From Raillietiella orientalis (lineage: Eukaryota), in NCBI GenBank assembly GCA_036172245.1, contig JAYWIR010000007.1, positions 5,208,001 to 5,272,000 of the forward strand: 64,000 bases of DNA, in the 5' to 3' direction. Positions 21,101 to 36,100 of this stretch are shown in pieces; the stretch's first letter is position 1, and every line of letters starts with the position of its first letter. The translations under genes and the position numbers were made by a program. The notes beneath the pieces were generated by a model. It ran no database searches. It saw only the letters and a program-made list of their open reading frames with translations, and had not been told where the DNA came from.

Positions 21101-24100
21101 GTAACGCCAGCGGGAGAGACAGAGCAGGTCTCGGGGCCGAGGAAGACGAGCATGCCGGCGGCATCATTTGGAAAAGAAAGCAGCGGATCCGAAGAGGAAG
21201 GGAAAAAACCCAGCAAAAGGAAAGGAGAAGAGCCCACACTGTGCCGCAACACGAGGCGCGTGTATCCCTCCCTCCAGGGAGGGAGGATCCCGAGAGCCCT
21301 CCCTCCCCCTCCTTCCAAAAAGCTCACCATGGCGACGTCGTCCAGATTTCGAGACATTGCGGCGCAGCGGTCCAGCAGGTCGTACCACTTTATCGACAGC
21401 TTGTTCACTTCCCGTCTCAGGGAGCTGGCCAGTTCCCGGAACTGCTCCTCCGCGGACATGTAGGTCCGACCGTCGCTGGCCACCCGGTTCGTGACTGCAA
21501 GTAAACAGGATTCTTTTGCCTTTTTCCATACATTCCGACGCTCGTGCCAGGAAAATTCCCGGCCGAAACTGCGCGGGTGGGAGGATCCAAAAAAACGCTC
21601 ATGGTAGCAGCAGTATACGTTTCGATAGCTTAGGTGCTTCTTCCAGCCTCTCGATCCGACGGATCGATCAGCTTCCGGTGCCATGGATTCGCTTCCCGTG
21701 GAGAACAGACAAAGCACAGCTGGCAGCACTGTTGACACACGAGGCCGGCCTTTTTTTTTTTCTTTCTTTCTTTTTTTTTTCGAAACGCGCGCGCCACACA
21801 AACGTGTACATGTACGTGTGGGGGGAGGGGGAGGGAAAGAAGGCCGAGCATTCGCTGGCATGGGGCACATCTCGAGGCACGAGGCCTTCCGTCCGCAGCA
21901 GCAGCACCCCCTTCCTCACAACGAAGGGTCACAGCTAGGAATACGTGCGCCGACCCAGCAAGTTCTCGTCTGTGCACACCCCGAGGCAGCGGCGCTGAGC
22001 ATGAAATCTCTTGAACACGCACGGAACGCGCTTCGGAACCCCCCCTTCCCCCCATCGAAGGGAGGAACACGATCACGTGATCTGCGGCAACAATAAGAGA
22101 AGCCTAGGGAACGGCGAGACTCGCCCGTCATCAACAATGGACGCCCGCCGTCATCGACGCCAAGCCGTGGAGGAGAAGACCGCCAAGCAGCAGAGACACG
22201 CGAAAGGCAAAAAAAAAAAACCGACGTACCGAACACGTGTGGGGTAGCCAACGGGAGAGGGAGCGCAGCATCCGATTCCCCATTTCTCATGGCGGCTCGA
22301 AAAGAACCTGTAGGAACTCGAGTTCCTAAGAAAAAAAAAAAAAAAAAAAAACGCACGTGCCACGTGAATTGGGGTACGAACGCTCGCTGACTCCTCGAAA
22401 CACAGCCAAAGAGAGCGCGTCCAACACCGGAAATTCGCATGCGCCTCGGAAACTCAAACAACGAGGCATCTTAAACGATGCGACCCCCAAAAGAGAAAAC
22501 TCTTTTGCGACGCTTTTCAAAAAGAGGCATCCATAAACCACAAAACGTCATGTGTCTTCATGCACGTAAAGGAACACATACACGTATGTGTGTGGGAAGC
22601 GCAACGCCTCGGCCATTTCCTGGATGCCTTGCGGTCGCTGGTCCACTGCCTATCTGATAAGAAACAAGTCCGGGGTTTATGACAACCGTGCAGCAGCACG
22701 TGCCGTCCACGGATTCACTGAGGCGAAGATGCAAACGGATGCGATCTGTGAGCAGAGAGTTGCGCGACTGACCAACCTCTGACGACACACCGCGTCGTGT
22801 CGCCAGACACGACCGTCGTCGTGCGCCGCCGACCCATGCGATGGCGGCCGGAGCCATGAAAAGTGCGGGGATGCAAACGCGCCGGCAGAGGGGCAAAGGG
22901 GGATCCCGAACGCTGCAGCCGAGATGCGCAGAGGCGCGGGCCGGATCTTCCCGACGGGAAGAACGCACGTCAACGCGTGCACAAGGCGGGATAGAGGAGG
23001 GGAGACGAAACAGACCGTGACGCCGACACGCACGTCTGAAGTGCAGCAGCCGGCATGTCAAGGAAGACGGGAAGTGCAAGGCGCCGAGCGGCGACATGCG
23101 CACTCCGAGGTTCTGGAAGACGTGCGCGACCGCCGGGTTTGGCGTCGCTGCGCCTGCAGTCGAAGACGCTCTCGTTCTTGGACAACACGTGCAAGCGAGC
23201 AGGCAGGGAGGCTCCAAGGAGGGAGTCCGGAAGCAGTCTCCCTCCCAGGCAGACGAAGGAGGCCACCACGCGACCCGGGGCAAAGAGGGGTGGGCCCAAC
23301 CTTTGCGCGAGTGTCCCCTCCTCCCACTTCCGCCTTTCGCGCCCGCCGCGGTTCCGAGGCTCCGGCTCGGCCGACTCCCTTTGGGGAGAAGCTGGGAGCA
23401 GCTGCTTCGCCGGCGCAGACGATCGAGAGAGAACGGGTGCGGCCATCACGAGGTACTGGAGAAGCCCGCCTGAGAGCTCTCCCTATGCGGAGACTGGGAG
23501 AGACGCAGGCCGGCCTGGATTTCGGAAAAACACCGCCGCGGGGACGGCCAAAGTTCCAGGCGATGTCTGCCGAAGCGGGCAACTCCCTGCGCTCGGCACG
23601 AGGACTCGGATAGCCCGCATTGCTATGCCGACTTGATTACGCTGAAGGACGCGAGCAGCGGAGGTGGGAGCTCAGCCCGTGGACACCGCTCTTCGCCAGA
23701 TATCGCACCAAAAAAGAGAGCCTGCCTTCATCAGAGAAGCCACTGCGGGGCCTGGCGCTTCCTTCTAGCCTGCATGGGCAGTGCAGGTATGAAGTCGTCG
23801 CATTGCAGTACCTGTGCCTACCCTCTGCCCGAGGGGGAATCTCCTTCGCTGCGTCGCCTAGTTCTCCCCAGAGCTCGGCATCCGCGTCCAGGTGTTGAGA
23901 GGGATCAAACAAACAGGAGGATCGACCCGGAGACCTCGGCGCGTGACTCACGGCTGCTCGCATCCTGCTGGCCCCCGGAGATAATCGGGTTACGTCCCGC
24001 GTGTCTCGGAAACCCCAGCAGCTTCGCATGCGGCTGTTGCTTACGATGTTCCCGACGTTCCCTTTCCTCTGGACAATTCCCGATGCAAATCCGGCCATTC

Positions 24101-27100
24101 GGAAAGGCAAGGAAGGGACGGAACAACGACCAATTCATCCGATGCTGTTCGCTCCGAGCTGCTCGTGGTGGATCCTCCGCAGGCACCCTCCCCCTTCCTC
24201 CGCTCCCAACGCAGACAGCACGTGACCCCTTCCGCTGTCCCTGACTCCCACAGGAAGCTGACGGAAAGGTGCTGCTGTCCCTGAACTTCTCTCTCTTTTC
24301 TCGCTCCGAGAAGGGAGCTTCGGGGTATTCCGACCCTTTTACGGTCCACTTTTCTCTCTTTCCAAAGACATTCATTCGGGGATGGAGAGTGGAGGGGTGC
24401 ACATTCCTACTTCTTGATTCGGAAGGGCACTTCTTGCATGAGTGCTTGGACAGCACAGCGGTGTCCAGCAGCTGGGTTTCGTTTCCAAGATCGCCTCCAA
24501 GCCACCCAGCTGAAATCGCCGCTGAGAGATGGGTCCGTGGACCCGACCACCATCAGTCCAGCAACACGGATTTCCGTGAATATCCCAGGTCTTCCGTGTC
24601 GGGAGGGACGGCGTGGGAAGTAGTGTTGCCTGCACCACCTAAGCAGCTGCCTTCCAGGAACGTCCTCCTTTCCCCGGAGGACAAACAGGACCCTGCTGAT
24701 CTTCCAATCCGGTTGGTTTCCTTCCGCCTCCCCCTTCGCGAGCGCACGCCACCACCGCCCCTTCTCGCTCGTCCGCGGCGACCGCACTCTTCGCGCCCGA
24801 ACTCCATGCTCCGCAACGCCCGGAGGCTTCTCCTGAGCGTCGCCTGCCGGATGCTGATCTTTCCTGAACAAAACAATTCCGGAAGACTGTTTGACCGCAA
24901 CGGGGTGAGCAGGCGCTGCTGTCTCCTGCAGGAAGTTCAGCCGCGTTTCCCGAGGCTCCTCCTCGAGAACGACAGAGGCGCTCACGTGCCCTGCGAAGGA
25001 GCGAGTTCAATCCCCGGCGACGGCAGGTTTGGGTTGCTCTCGCTCGAGGGCATGTGGGCGCGAGAGCCCGCCGCCGTTCATGTTGCGACCTAGGTGACAT
25101 AGGGTGCTCGCCAATTTCCGGTACCACCGTGCAGGCCGTCCGGAAGGCGGCGGCACGCGCGTCTTTTCGACACGTAGACTGCGGACCTCTTTCGGAACCC
25201 TCTTGCAGCTGCTCTTTCGTTCCGCCTGTTCCCGCATGATGCAAAGAGGGAAAGAGAAGGGCTTCTTCCTCGTGCCTTGCGCAAACAATCCCCCCACGGT
25301 CCCCACAACCGGGAGTGGATGACGCGCCACGAACGGGATCGCTTCCTCTGCAAAGAACCATCGGAAAAGACGTGCGGCCAAGAGAGAGAAACCTGGAAAT
25401 TCGTGGGAACAGCAATTTTTTTTTTTCCCTCTTCAAAAACCTGGCGCGGAGTCCCACGTGATGCAGGCAGGAACGGTGCCCCAGGAGTGTGCACTCAGCT
25501 TCTCGAACGCGGGAAGAATGCCTCGGGAGAAGACAAAGTGCGGCCTCCCTCGCTATTTTCGGGGCTCTTGAGAATCCGCGTGCGACCGCCAGCATCGGTG
25601 CGAGAAGCGCACCCTACGCCAACATTCCAGCGTAGGGCTGAGCACCGAGCACGATGGGTGCTCGGTGCTCGCTCCGCGAAACGCGAACCAATGGCGCCGC
25701 TCGCCTCGGTTTGGAGCACGGCCCGGAAGTCTGCGGCGGCGGATCGCAGCCGCCACTGACACAGCCAGGATGAGGCGGATGGAAGAAGGGGCAGCGGGCG
25801 CGTGCCCCGAGATCGAACAGCTCGCGGGGGCCCTGTAACGAGTTCGCCCGAAAGTTATAAGCAACAACAAGTCTGCTCATTATGACGTCACCCACGCCGC
25901 GTGGAAAATCTCAAGTGGGTAGAGGAATGGGTTCGAGGTAATTACTCGCAAACCTCCATACGAGATGAAATAAAGGTCGGGGAGGAAGATACGCGCCGGA
26001 GCAGCTGGCATCGTTCAACGTGCACACGCCATCGGCTAACGAAACGACTCGGGAGAGCAGCTGCGAGCACTACATAGCAAACCCATGCACACACCCCACT
26101 CGTGAAATCCATAGCAACCACCCGTGTGCTTTGGAAACGACGATCACAGCGGTAGAAAATAGAGGGTAAAACAGCGTGCTTGCCTCGCTGCAATCGACAG
26201 ATCAATGAAAGGGAAAAGGAACCTAGAGATGAAGCTTCGGTGATGTTGGAAAGCTGAGAAATGAAACACAGAAAGATGCACGTAAATGCCGTCGGGAAAC
26301 ATTCCGGACAAGCACGAAACGAGTTTCCACGAGACGGACCAAGCAGGCAAACCAAGGAGCCAGCAACGCGGGAAAAGACAGGGTCTTTGCAGCGTCGTGG
26401 CGAGCGGCCCGGATTTTATCTTTCGGGATGCCGCTGAGAAATCTGCTAAAAATTGCTGTTGCGCCCCTGCCTTCATCGGGATTGATAAGAGCAGATTAGC
26501 GCCGAGGATGGCGTTCCAGACTGGCCTTTGTTCACCAAGGGAAACAAGAAATCACACGGCGTACCAAGGACAGTCTGCCACCGCGCGCCAACGATTAGCA
26601 GCTCACCAAAAACGGGAACAAACTTTCAGGTGCGATGTCGGCAAAGCATCCAGAAGGATAACAGCCCAGACGACACCTTCGGAAAAACTTCTTGTGGGGA
26701 AGTACGCTTTACATAAGGAAGCGCTGTACGAGACCGGTGTCATTTTAAAGCATTCAGAATGGGAAAAGGTGTAAAGCACAGGTAACGAGAGGGGAACCAC
26801 GAAATACCCCAAAGTTTATGGACGCGCTCTCCATAAACGTGCTGTTTCCACCACCTTCAGCACGAAAACGAAAAGAAAAAAGAAAGAAAGAAACTGTTTA
26901 TTTTTTTTTCCCGTTTGAGATGCAATGCGGCTACTTGCAGCAGCATGACGACGACAATGCCCTTAGGTAAAGTTGCTGCGGAAGAGCCACACCCCCCCGA
27001 TTGCCTCACCAGCTCCATTTTCCTCCGGTTCCTATCCCAAACAGAACCGACAGACTCAACAGAACACGATCTTCTTGGAATGTCTTGTTTGCTTGGGTCA

Positions 27101-30100
27101 ACGAGATATGAGAGCACGGTGTGATTTAAGAAACCACGGCTGGTCATGCTTTGAGGCAAAGCCACCGGCTGCGTGCAAGGAAAAGTATAGATGATGACAC
27201 GTACGCAGCTGCTGAAACGCCGATCTCATAACTCTTTGCAGAGGCTGAATCACGATAAACAAATGAGCTCACACCAAGAGAACCAGGTATACACTGCAGA
27301 GCTCCAGAACACGGAGGAAAGTCCACCAAAACTATACAAAACGGTATTCCAAACCTACGTGACTCCGAAAATCACACGACCACCACCACGACAGCAAAGT
27401 CTGAATTCGCGAGCACGCAGAAACAAAGGTCCCATAAGCAGCCATTTACTGTGTCAAAAGTCGACGCCCTCGTACGGCATCATTTTTGAAAGACCGTCGT
27501 CGTTTTAGAAAGAAAAGAAAGACAACAACAAGGCATAAAGTGAAATGAATGAAGTCAGCCATTTGCCACGCGGTTAAAATGATAAATCGAGTTCGGTCTT
27601 CAAGAGCAGAGTGTCGAAATCTCCATGTAAGAATCACAAAAGGGTAAAACCAACGGACGAAGCAACATCGGCTGAAGTATACGCTAATGTCCCTTCAATC
27701 AACAAATCGGCAGACTGCTTCTAAGTAATCGTGACCATAGCAGAAGTGGAAAATACCCACAAGATTAATGATCCCATCCATATTAACTGAAGCTGCAACA
27801 ACGTGGTCTGAAAACGCAATCATAAATGATTAGAAATCGCCATCCAAACCCTTTTTGTTTGCGTACGAGTCTCTTCAATTTCTTTCAAGAAGAGGCTTTC
27901 GAAGTTTCCAAGGGTACTGAATGTTTTTAATATACTGACAATTTATCATCAAAGCGTTCAGGAGGGAGCCTGATTTTCCTCCCTTATCTTTTGCACGCGC
28001 AAATTTGGGAGAGCTTAGCGATAGGAAGGAACGACCCAGTAATCGATTCGAGGGAACACACGAGCAGAGTGATCCATGTTAGTTCCGTTTCAGACCATGC
28101 ATGACCGACATGCATGGTATGAAACTTTGATGTGACCTTTTCTGTTTCTGACAGCTTAGATATTCGATTCCAAAAATCGTCCCGGAAATCACTTCTGTTT
28201 TAGGTGGTTCTTTCGTTTGCTCAACACCAACGGAAGAAGAAAAGAAAAGAAAAGGAAAAAATCAACTTTTTCAAAAGACAGAAACTCAAACAAGGCTCAT
28301 ACGCCCCCTTGTTGTTTCTGAGTCCTTTCCCAGTTCACACTTAACAGAACTCAATAAGCAAAAAACAAGGGAGAACGGAAATCGTGAAGAAGAAAGATGA
28401 ACCAAGCACGCGAAGACGTTTCCTGATTGCGTACGAACGGGAGCAGATAAGGTCTCCTTGGAAACGCAGCACTTGAGACTACAGGGCAAGGGGCCACCAA
28501 AGAGTGAGTTGCTTAACGGAGGCGTAATGCACCGCGCAGCATCTCCAATCATAGTCGGGCGATATGAGTAGCCAATTAGCTTATTTGCCGATCTGGTTTT
28601 CCATTACCTTCGAGTGGGGAAGAGTCAACTCTAAGGTAGCAGAAACAATCCAGCTAATCTAATAGACAAGACAAGAAGTCTGCCAGAAAGAGCTGAATTG
28701 GGATAGCTAGAATACACATTGTGAAGCCCAACTAATTACAGACAATCTGCAAGCTTCGGGATGCTTGGAAAATGGCTTCCTGCGAGAGAAAAAAAAAAGG
28801 GGGGGGGGGGGGGGGGGGAAATGTACCAAACGACGGTATAACTTGCACCAAAAAGCGTAATCACGTAACCCAGCAGCCCGAAAACTGTAGTCGTCTGCGC
28901 GGCTTAGTGGAAAAGCTTCGTCCTGGCACTTGTGCACTCTGGTTTTTGCTACGTCTGAAGAATCATTTCAGGAGCCAACGGCTCGCAAGGCGTACCGCCG
29001 ACCCGGGTGAAAGACAGCACGTTCGGCCCGGGCGAAAAGTCGACATCTCATTTAAAGAAGGCGAAGCACACCCGAAGGTTACGAAAGCAAAGTCTGTAAG
29101 ACTGTAAAGCGACTGTTTAGTTGATAATTGCACGTCTTGCTGCCTGCTGTTTGACGCACCGGAAACCTCACATTCTTTCGCACCGGGTACTGCACATCCA
29201 ACGCGCGTACGGTACCAGAAGAATCACTTGGACATGGGAAGGAACGGGCAGTAGTAAGTAACCGAAAAGACGAACTTACCCTCGCTGTCGTTTGCATGGA
29301 ATGGCGGAGGTTCGTTGGCCATCAGCTGCCTACCACTTTTAAGGACGCTTTCGATGACAGAACGTTTGTCCTCTATCTGCTTTCGGAAGAAGAGCAAGCT
29401 ATCCTATGAGGAACCAAGGATAAGACGAAGGAAGATCGCACCCAACCGGCACGCGCCAGAGGGCGTGCTCCCCAGGGAGAACCAAAAAAACCAACCACTC
29501 CACGGATGCAAGGAAGTGAAGGAGTTACCTGCTGCACATTCAGAGAAGTCGTGTCGCCGCCGGGCTGCCCCATACGAGTCAGCTCAGTGTCCTTCTTGAT
29601 TATCCATTCGATGAGCTCGCGTACGGAGAGTAGCAAATACGACATCTGTTCACTGCTGCATTCCAAACGGCTACTGCAAAGCAGAGTTCCAGTTCATTTG
29701 ATTCTTCCCGAAAGCAAACCCGAAGCAATAAAGAACACAATTTCATTTCGATTTGCCGTGTTTCTTATTTGCGTGCACGGTGGAAGCGACTGTTAGTTAA
29801 TGAGCGCCACTGCACGGCTGCAGTGGTTTTCATTTACATGCAAGAGGGATTTCCGAACACGAAGCACGGCCGTCGCGGATCGCACAGCTTTCAAGAGCGG
29901 CAACTTCAGCCAAGGCAAACGAACCGTCGAAGAAAAAAAAAAAAAAAATGCCATCAACAAAAGTACATAAATTACGTTCAAAGAGATCGTGATGTTACGC
30001 AAACGAAACGTGGAATGCAGCTTGCCCTATCCCCCTCCCCTCGCTTCTGCAGGATAACATGGGAGAGGGATTGAACGACAACTTGGGGACTCTTGAGCGT

Positions 30101-33100
30101 GGTTACCGACTTGAAAAAAGGTCGATTCGAGAGAACCGCAAGGCAAGCAATGCACTGGATACGCAAAGAGCACCGAAATCTGACCGAAAGGCAACGGCTT
30201 TCTGGTTCAACTGGCACCATCTTTGATTCAACTCTTCGATACGTTTTTCAAGAAGTAATGCATCGTCTTGAGTTTCCAAGCTGGCAGCAGCTTCTTTCGC
30301 AGCCGATGCTATTGAATGCACTACTTCGCGGTGGCATTCGATTTCACTCTGCAATCCCTAAACAAAAAGAAGACTTTCCATTATCCTTCCCACTTGTCCC
30401 GCGCTCCCTGTCAAGCATTAACACACACACAAACGAAGAAGGGCAATAAAATATAGGTTCTACGAAGGCAAAACACAAGCAGGACGTACAGATGAGCAAA
30501 GCTTCTACCAGAGGACATGAAAGGAAACGGGATAAATTGTCCCATGCACGTAAATTCGGAGGGAAGAAGGTGGACCACGCTTTCGTCCTCAATGAACGCA
30601 AGAATCCTGCCAGCAAATCACTTTTGCTATCTTCCTGCTCTTTTGATGAACTCGAGGAGTAAGACATTTCCATCTCCTTCCCTCAAGAGGACGAAGAAGC
30701 TTACAGAGATTCCGACAGATCTTGGAGAACCGCACAAGCACATTGCAGCTTAGGGGAACAGCAACAAAAGGACAGGAGCAGCTGGCTAGGACAAAATATC
30801 ACATCCAAATAGGAAATCCGGCGAATTTCTACTGGCGCTGTGGACGAAAATAAAAGAGACACAAGGATACTCATCTTCGTGAGCTGCCTTTTTCAAAGGT
30901 GGAAATCAAGTGGTGAGAAGCACTCACAAATGCAAACCACGGTGGGTGTGGTGGGGACCGGCATGCACGTTGCACCTTCGCCTTCGAGGACAAGAAATTT
31001 CCACAGTCGTTTTGCCATAGGTGGCAGCAGCGCGGAAGCTGCTTCACGAAAATGGCACGTAGAACTTGTCTCTTGGTGGACGGGGGGGAAACGTCACTCC
31101 CTACTGAAACCCTTCACTTTGGCACGAACGCGAACTTCGAATGGGCAAGCAGCCCGGCCGGTCACAGTTGAGTAGAGGGAAAAGCAGAACACATGAATGA
31201 ATGGATTTCATAAGCACACATGATTTCTGAATGTGTACACGAATAGATGCATGCCCACGCGCATTCCTGTCGAATGCATGCCCCACGTCAGTGTGGACGC
31301 GTCGTCCGGCTCCAGAGGAACATGCGGCGACTGGGTAAGGAAAACAAACAAACCGAGAAGCCTACTTCAGCCCGTACAGGACTCAGAAACGTCCTTTTCC
31401 AGCGAGAGCTGCTCAAATCTTTTCCCTCGGCAACATCCACGCAGCGCTAAACACGCTCCGCAACCGTGGACGAAAGACACCGGGACACACCCATCAACAC
31501 GACGACGATTCCACACAAGGATTCCACTCGCAGATCCAATTCTTTGGAACGTGCGCATCAGTGGAAAAATGCAGTGCTCGTGCGCTTCCACGCTTCTGCC
31601 GGTTTCGAGGAAAAGGGCGGTGGCAGATACAAGAAAAGCACGCCTTCAGGTTCCAATACAGAAGTGGATCGAACACGCTGCAGCTCGCAAAAACGTGGGC
31701 CCAAGGAGGCGTGGATCTGAGAGGGAACAGCAGCGCTGAAGCAGGTCAACCTCGGCAATCGTGAAGTTCATTGGTTCACCACACAATTTTTCATCCTGAT
31801 GACAGCGCAAGATAATGAAATCTCGCGATCACTCGAATGATTACAGGACCCAGGACAATGAGGAATCCTCGGAACTAAACCGAAGGAGAAAGCACTGCAG
31901 AAAAAGCGGGGAAGCAGGAGAAACGGAAGGAGGTAACATAATTAGAAGATACAACTAGCAAATGAAGGTCTTCAAATTCCTATCCACATTATTCACGTGC
32001 ATCAAAATGGGTTCACACACAGCAGGTTACCTTGATCTCTCTCAACAGATCACTTTGAGAAAAGCGGTTGCCAGATCTCAAGTGCAAATCTAAACCATCG
32101 ACACTACTCTCCATTTTCAGAATCCAATCCAGGAGATTGGCGAAGGTTTTGTTGAAACTATGCAAAGAACTAGCAGCACCAGAGAGGCTCTTTCCCAGAC
32201 TAATGGTACTGTAATAAAACAATTCAATGAAACAATCAACACCCACCATAAAATTTCCGGTGCGGGAATACACTGAAAATGATTGCCGTTAATTCTTGTA
32301 ATCGAAAATGGGAACACTGCGATTAACCGTAATCATCGGGCCGCATCGACAGCCGACATAGCGCTCTCTTTCCCTGTTGAGGATGACTTACGTAAGCGAA
32401 ACTCAAGAGGAAGTGCGAGGAGTCACTACGTAAGGCCAGCGAGCCTTAGTGCGTAAGGGTGAAAGTATCCAATCCTCTGGTATTTACTTTGGAAGGGCTT
32501 CCCATGGTTGATCGGTGATCACGGCTCAATATCGTCTTTCTGCCACTCCGAATGACAGTGCTTGACCACCTGGTTTCAGCGCGCAGAAAGTGCCGAAGCT
32601 GATTTCGGGCGGGAGAAGGCGAATTTCGAAGAAGAGGTCCTTCCACATGCACGTCATTCTTGCACGCGCATTGGGAGAGCTAAGAGGAAATCCGAGAGGT
32701 CGCTGACAGGAAGCACCAGAAAGAAATGTGAAGGGAATGCTCCCGCAAGGAAAGGGCTGTCGGAGATGGCAGTAAAATGGTGCGTGAGCACACAGAAAAT
32801 GGACGATCGAATTCTGGGGTTCGGCAGATCAAAAATCATCCGCGTGGTTCTGTTTCGTATGAGGAACCGAAAAGACTGCTGTACAAATACAGGAAGGTCA
32901 CGTACAGCGAGGAAGGGGAGACGATGATGACTCCAGCAGTTCTCGGCAAAGAGAAGACTGGTACGTCACGCACGTTTGCTGGAACTGTGATGATAAATAA
33001 GGAAGCAGGGGCACCCGAGATAGGTGCAGGAACATGGCAACTGATGTGAAAGGTGCGCAAGAACCTGTGCTTGAAGCTATGTGTGCGGATGTGTAAAAGT

Positions 33101-36100
33101 TCACGAGAACTGATAAGCATCAAATGAGGGAAGGAAAAGGAAAACCGAAAGGAAAAATCCTCGGCAAACCAATAAGAAATAAACGATTGCCTGTCGTACT
33201 CAGGGTGGTTTCACGAAACTGATGGAGGAGGAATCGAACATCTGGAAATCCTATCACAAGGAATCCATACAACCAGCGCATATGAATAGCTGCCGTGTGG
33301 ACGGACAATGTGCTCCTCAAAAAAATGGAAAAAAAAAAAAAAATGAAAACATACACCAATAACGAATCACCCGTTCGGCGTTTAGGTTACAGAATCCCTG
33401 AATTCCATTAAAAAAATATTCCCACAGAGCTGGGAAAGGGATGTAGCTGGAAAAGTGATCTTTGGTGTTAGGCCGATTTTCAGTTCTTGTGAATGGGCTC
33501 ACGCATATGAAAGCAAATGCTGGATCCATGCGCTGAAACACCGACAAAACCCAGAAAAAATACTCGTTCGTACACGAACACCAGCACGGATTCAGGCACA
33601 ATGTGAAAATTACATAACTGCTCATCGTAAAAACCCTTTCAAACGCACAGTAGAATGCACCAATGACTTTTTGGCAGCCATTTATACGAATGAAAACACT
33701 ATTGAGCCACAAGAAGAGGGAGCCGGCGCTTGCGTGAAAAAGAAAAAAATCCTCGCAAGACCAACCTCCAGGAAATCAAATCTGCTGATAATCGCGGATG
33801 TCTGATCGGAACAGAAACGAAGGCAAGCAGACTTTCAATTCTGCAATGAAATTGAATTTCCGCGAGTGTAAACTGCATGTGGCTATCTCGCCAAGGTTAC
33901 TGAATCCACGGCAACCGACTGTCGGGATAGAACCAGTTCGTGTGCAAACATTCGTTCGGCTCGATAAATTGAAAACTGCGAATTCCACAGTAACGTTTTA
34001 CAGTTCAACCCGGATGGAAGACGATCTTCATGCTGAGGTCTCTGCAGCAGGGAGCTTCCAACAGCATTGCCAGTTCAAGTACATATCCTGGAGTTATTTG
34101 GAAAGCGACATCGAGAAAAGGGGCGAACAAGGAAATTTTCAAAACGAATGAGATTTCTTCAAGATCGGGAAAATATCAGCGAAGAAAAGGGAGGGCCGAA
34201 CGCCTTGTGCGGCAATGGCATAATCGCTTCATGTGAGCTGGACTTTTCAGGCGCCAAATGAGAATAGCGGGAGTTACCGTTCAGCTGACTCACCAGGCGT
34301 GAAGAGGACAACAACACTATAATGGTGAATAATCAAGGAACTGTGAAAGGCATGATGGCCCTTCAGCGACGGTGTTCCTACCCAACAGCACTGGCGAATC
34401 GATTCCTATGACTGAATTCATGTACAGAATGGGGTACGAGAAGGGGACCAACAGCAGCAGACAAGAGTGTCAGCGTTACCATCCTGTGATGAAAATTCAA
34501 CTTGTACGCGATTGACAGTTGACGATAGGCACTCATTACGTGCAGTCATATGGAAAAGTGGCGCTCAGACCTCTGTCGGAACTGCAAACTGCAAACCACT
34601 ACTCTTATTTCCCAGTAACCGAACGACACAAGCGGAAGTTCTCAGCTACATCGACAGATTTGCTTGCATCCATGAAGAGAGAGAGAGACAGAGAGAGGAA
34701 AACTACCAGGAACAAAAGAATCACAAAGTATATGGGATTGCATTTCGAGAAAAAAAAAAAAAAAAAACAGCATTATTAGAAGAATGTCAGCTAGCACTGA
34801 AGCCAAAACGATGATGCACCTCAACCTCTCAAAATACAGTCACGAAAGATGTGCAGCTTTCGGTGCTTGCGGTCCTTACAGGTTCGAAAAAGTGTTGGCG
34901 ATCCCGCAGCAGACGCACCGTTGGCGGACGCGCATAAAAGATCGGCCCTCGCGGAGAGCTTCAGTGGATGGGGAACGGCAAGTCTTGCAGCTCCACTCCC
35001 ATCCATCACAGAGCTGGGTTCCAGACGACCTTGCTTGAATGGTGAGTTCGGAAGAAGCTGAGTATCGCGGTACGGTGCAACCATTCATCGGAGGCGGAGG
35101 AATTCTGCAGCTTCTCGTTCGGCAAGGAAAACTACAGAGCCGTGTTTATCAACTGCGTGTCCGCGACCCTCGGCTGAAACGGACTGCTCCTCCAGGCTGT
35201 TTTTACGTGACCCTCACGGAACAAGATGCTTTGCACGGGATTTCATTTCGCGCACACGCAAAAACCTCGAAGTTTGTCCCAGGAGCCCGCAAGTTCCGTG
35301 GTCCACAGGAGTGAGCACCCCGCAACGTACAAGAACCAACCGCCTGGGAATCACCTCGAAACGTTTCCTGAAACACCTCGTGGGTGCCTTACGAACGAGT
35401 GGAGCACTCGCAAACCGCATCGGTTCGATTTCCTTTCGACGGATAAGTGAGATGTTACGAAGATGGAGCATGCACGTGACGGCGGGGTCTTCCAGCTGCC
35501 CTCATTTAAACGAGAGCCGCTACCAAGTTCCTCGTCATGAGCATGGCAACGTTAACACGTGATTTCAGCGGATCCATTTCAACAGAGTTCGTTTGCACAG
35601 TAACTGCGGTGCAGATGCTGGCAAAGTTCCTGGGAATATTAAGTTTGGGTATTAAAAGGTTACTTCGCATGGCAAAAAACAGCAGTTATTGTTTTCTTTG
35701 TTTCTGTTTTTATTAAGTTTACCAAGCGTCTGCATACGATTGATTCTCGATTGACGAATCCAACCCGCAGGTCACGGAGGCTGAAGTCTAGGACCGTAGC
35801 TTAGACTCCGGAAATACCGGAAAGAACGGGAAATCACAGTAATGGTGAAACGCGCCGGAAACATTAGTGTCCGCTAGATCTGCGACGGCGCCGAGAAGCA
35901 CGGATAACGGGCACACGGATACAGAGATCCAGATCTGGCAACTATCGTTCGTTCATACCACCGTTGCTAATTAATCTTCATCGTGAATATCATTAACCGC
36001 TTTCCGTCGTTGCAACGAATTCCTCGATTTTAATGAGATCGTTCCGAAGTGGCAATCGTGCTTTTCGAGTCTTGGAGCGTGACACGGAGGCCTAAGGGCT

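Noticed and set aside
27006..27147. MTSRGF...RKMEL|gtgagg as a dystrophin exon
   Set aside because: Its phase-0 end is incompatible with the next exon (phase 1), and there is no homology.
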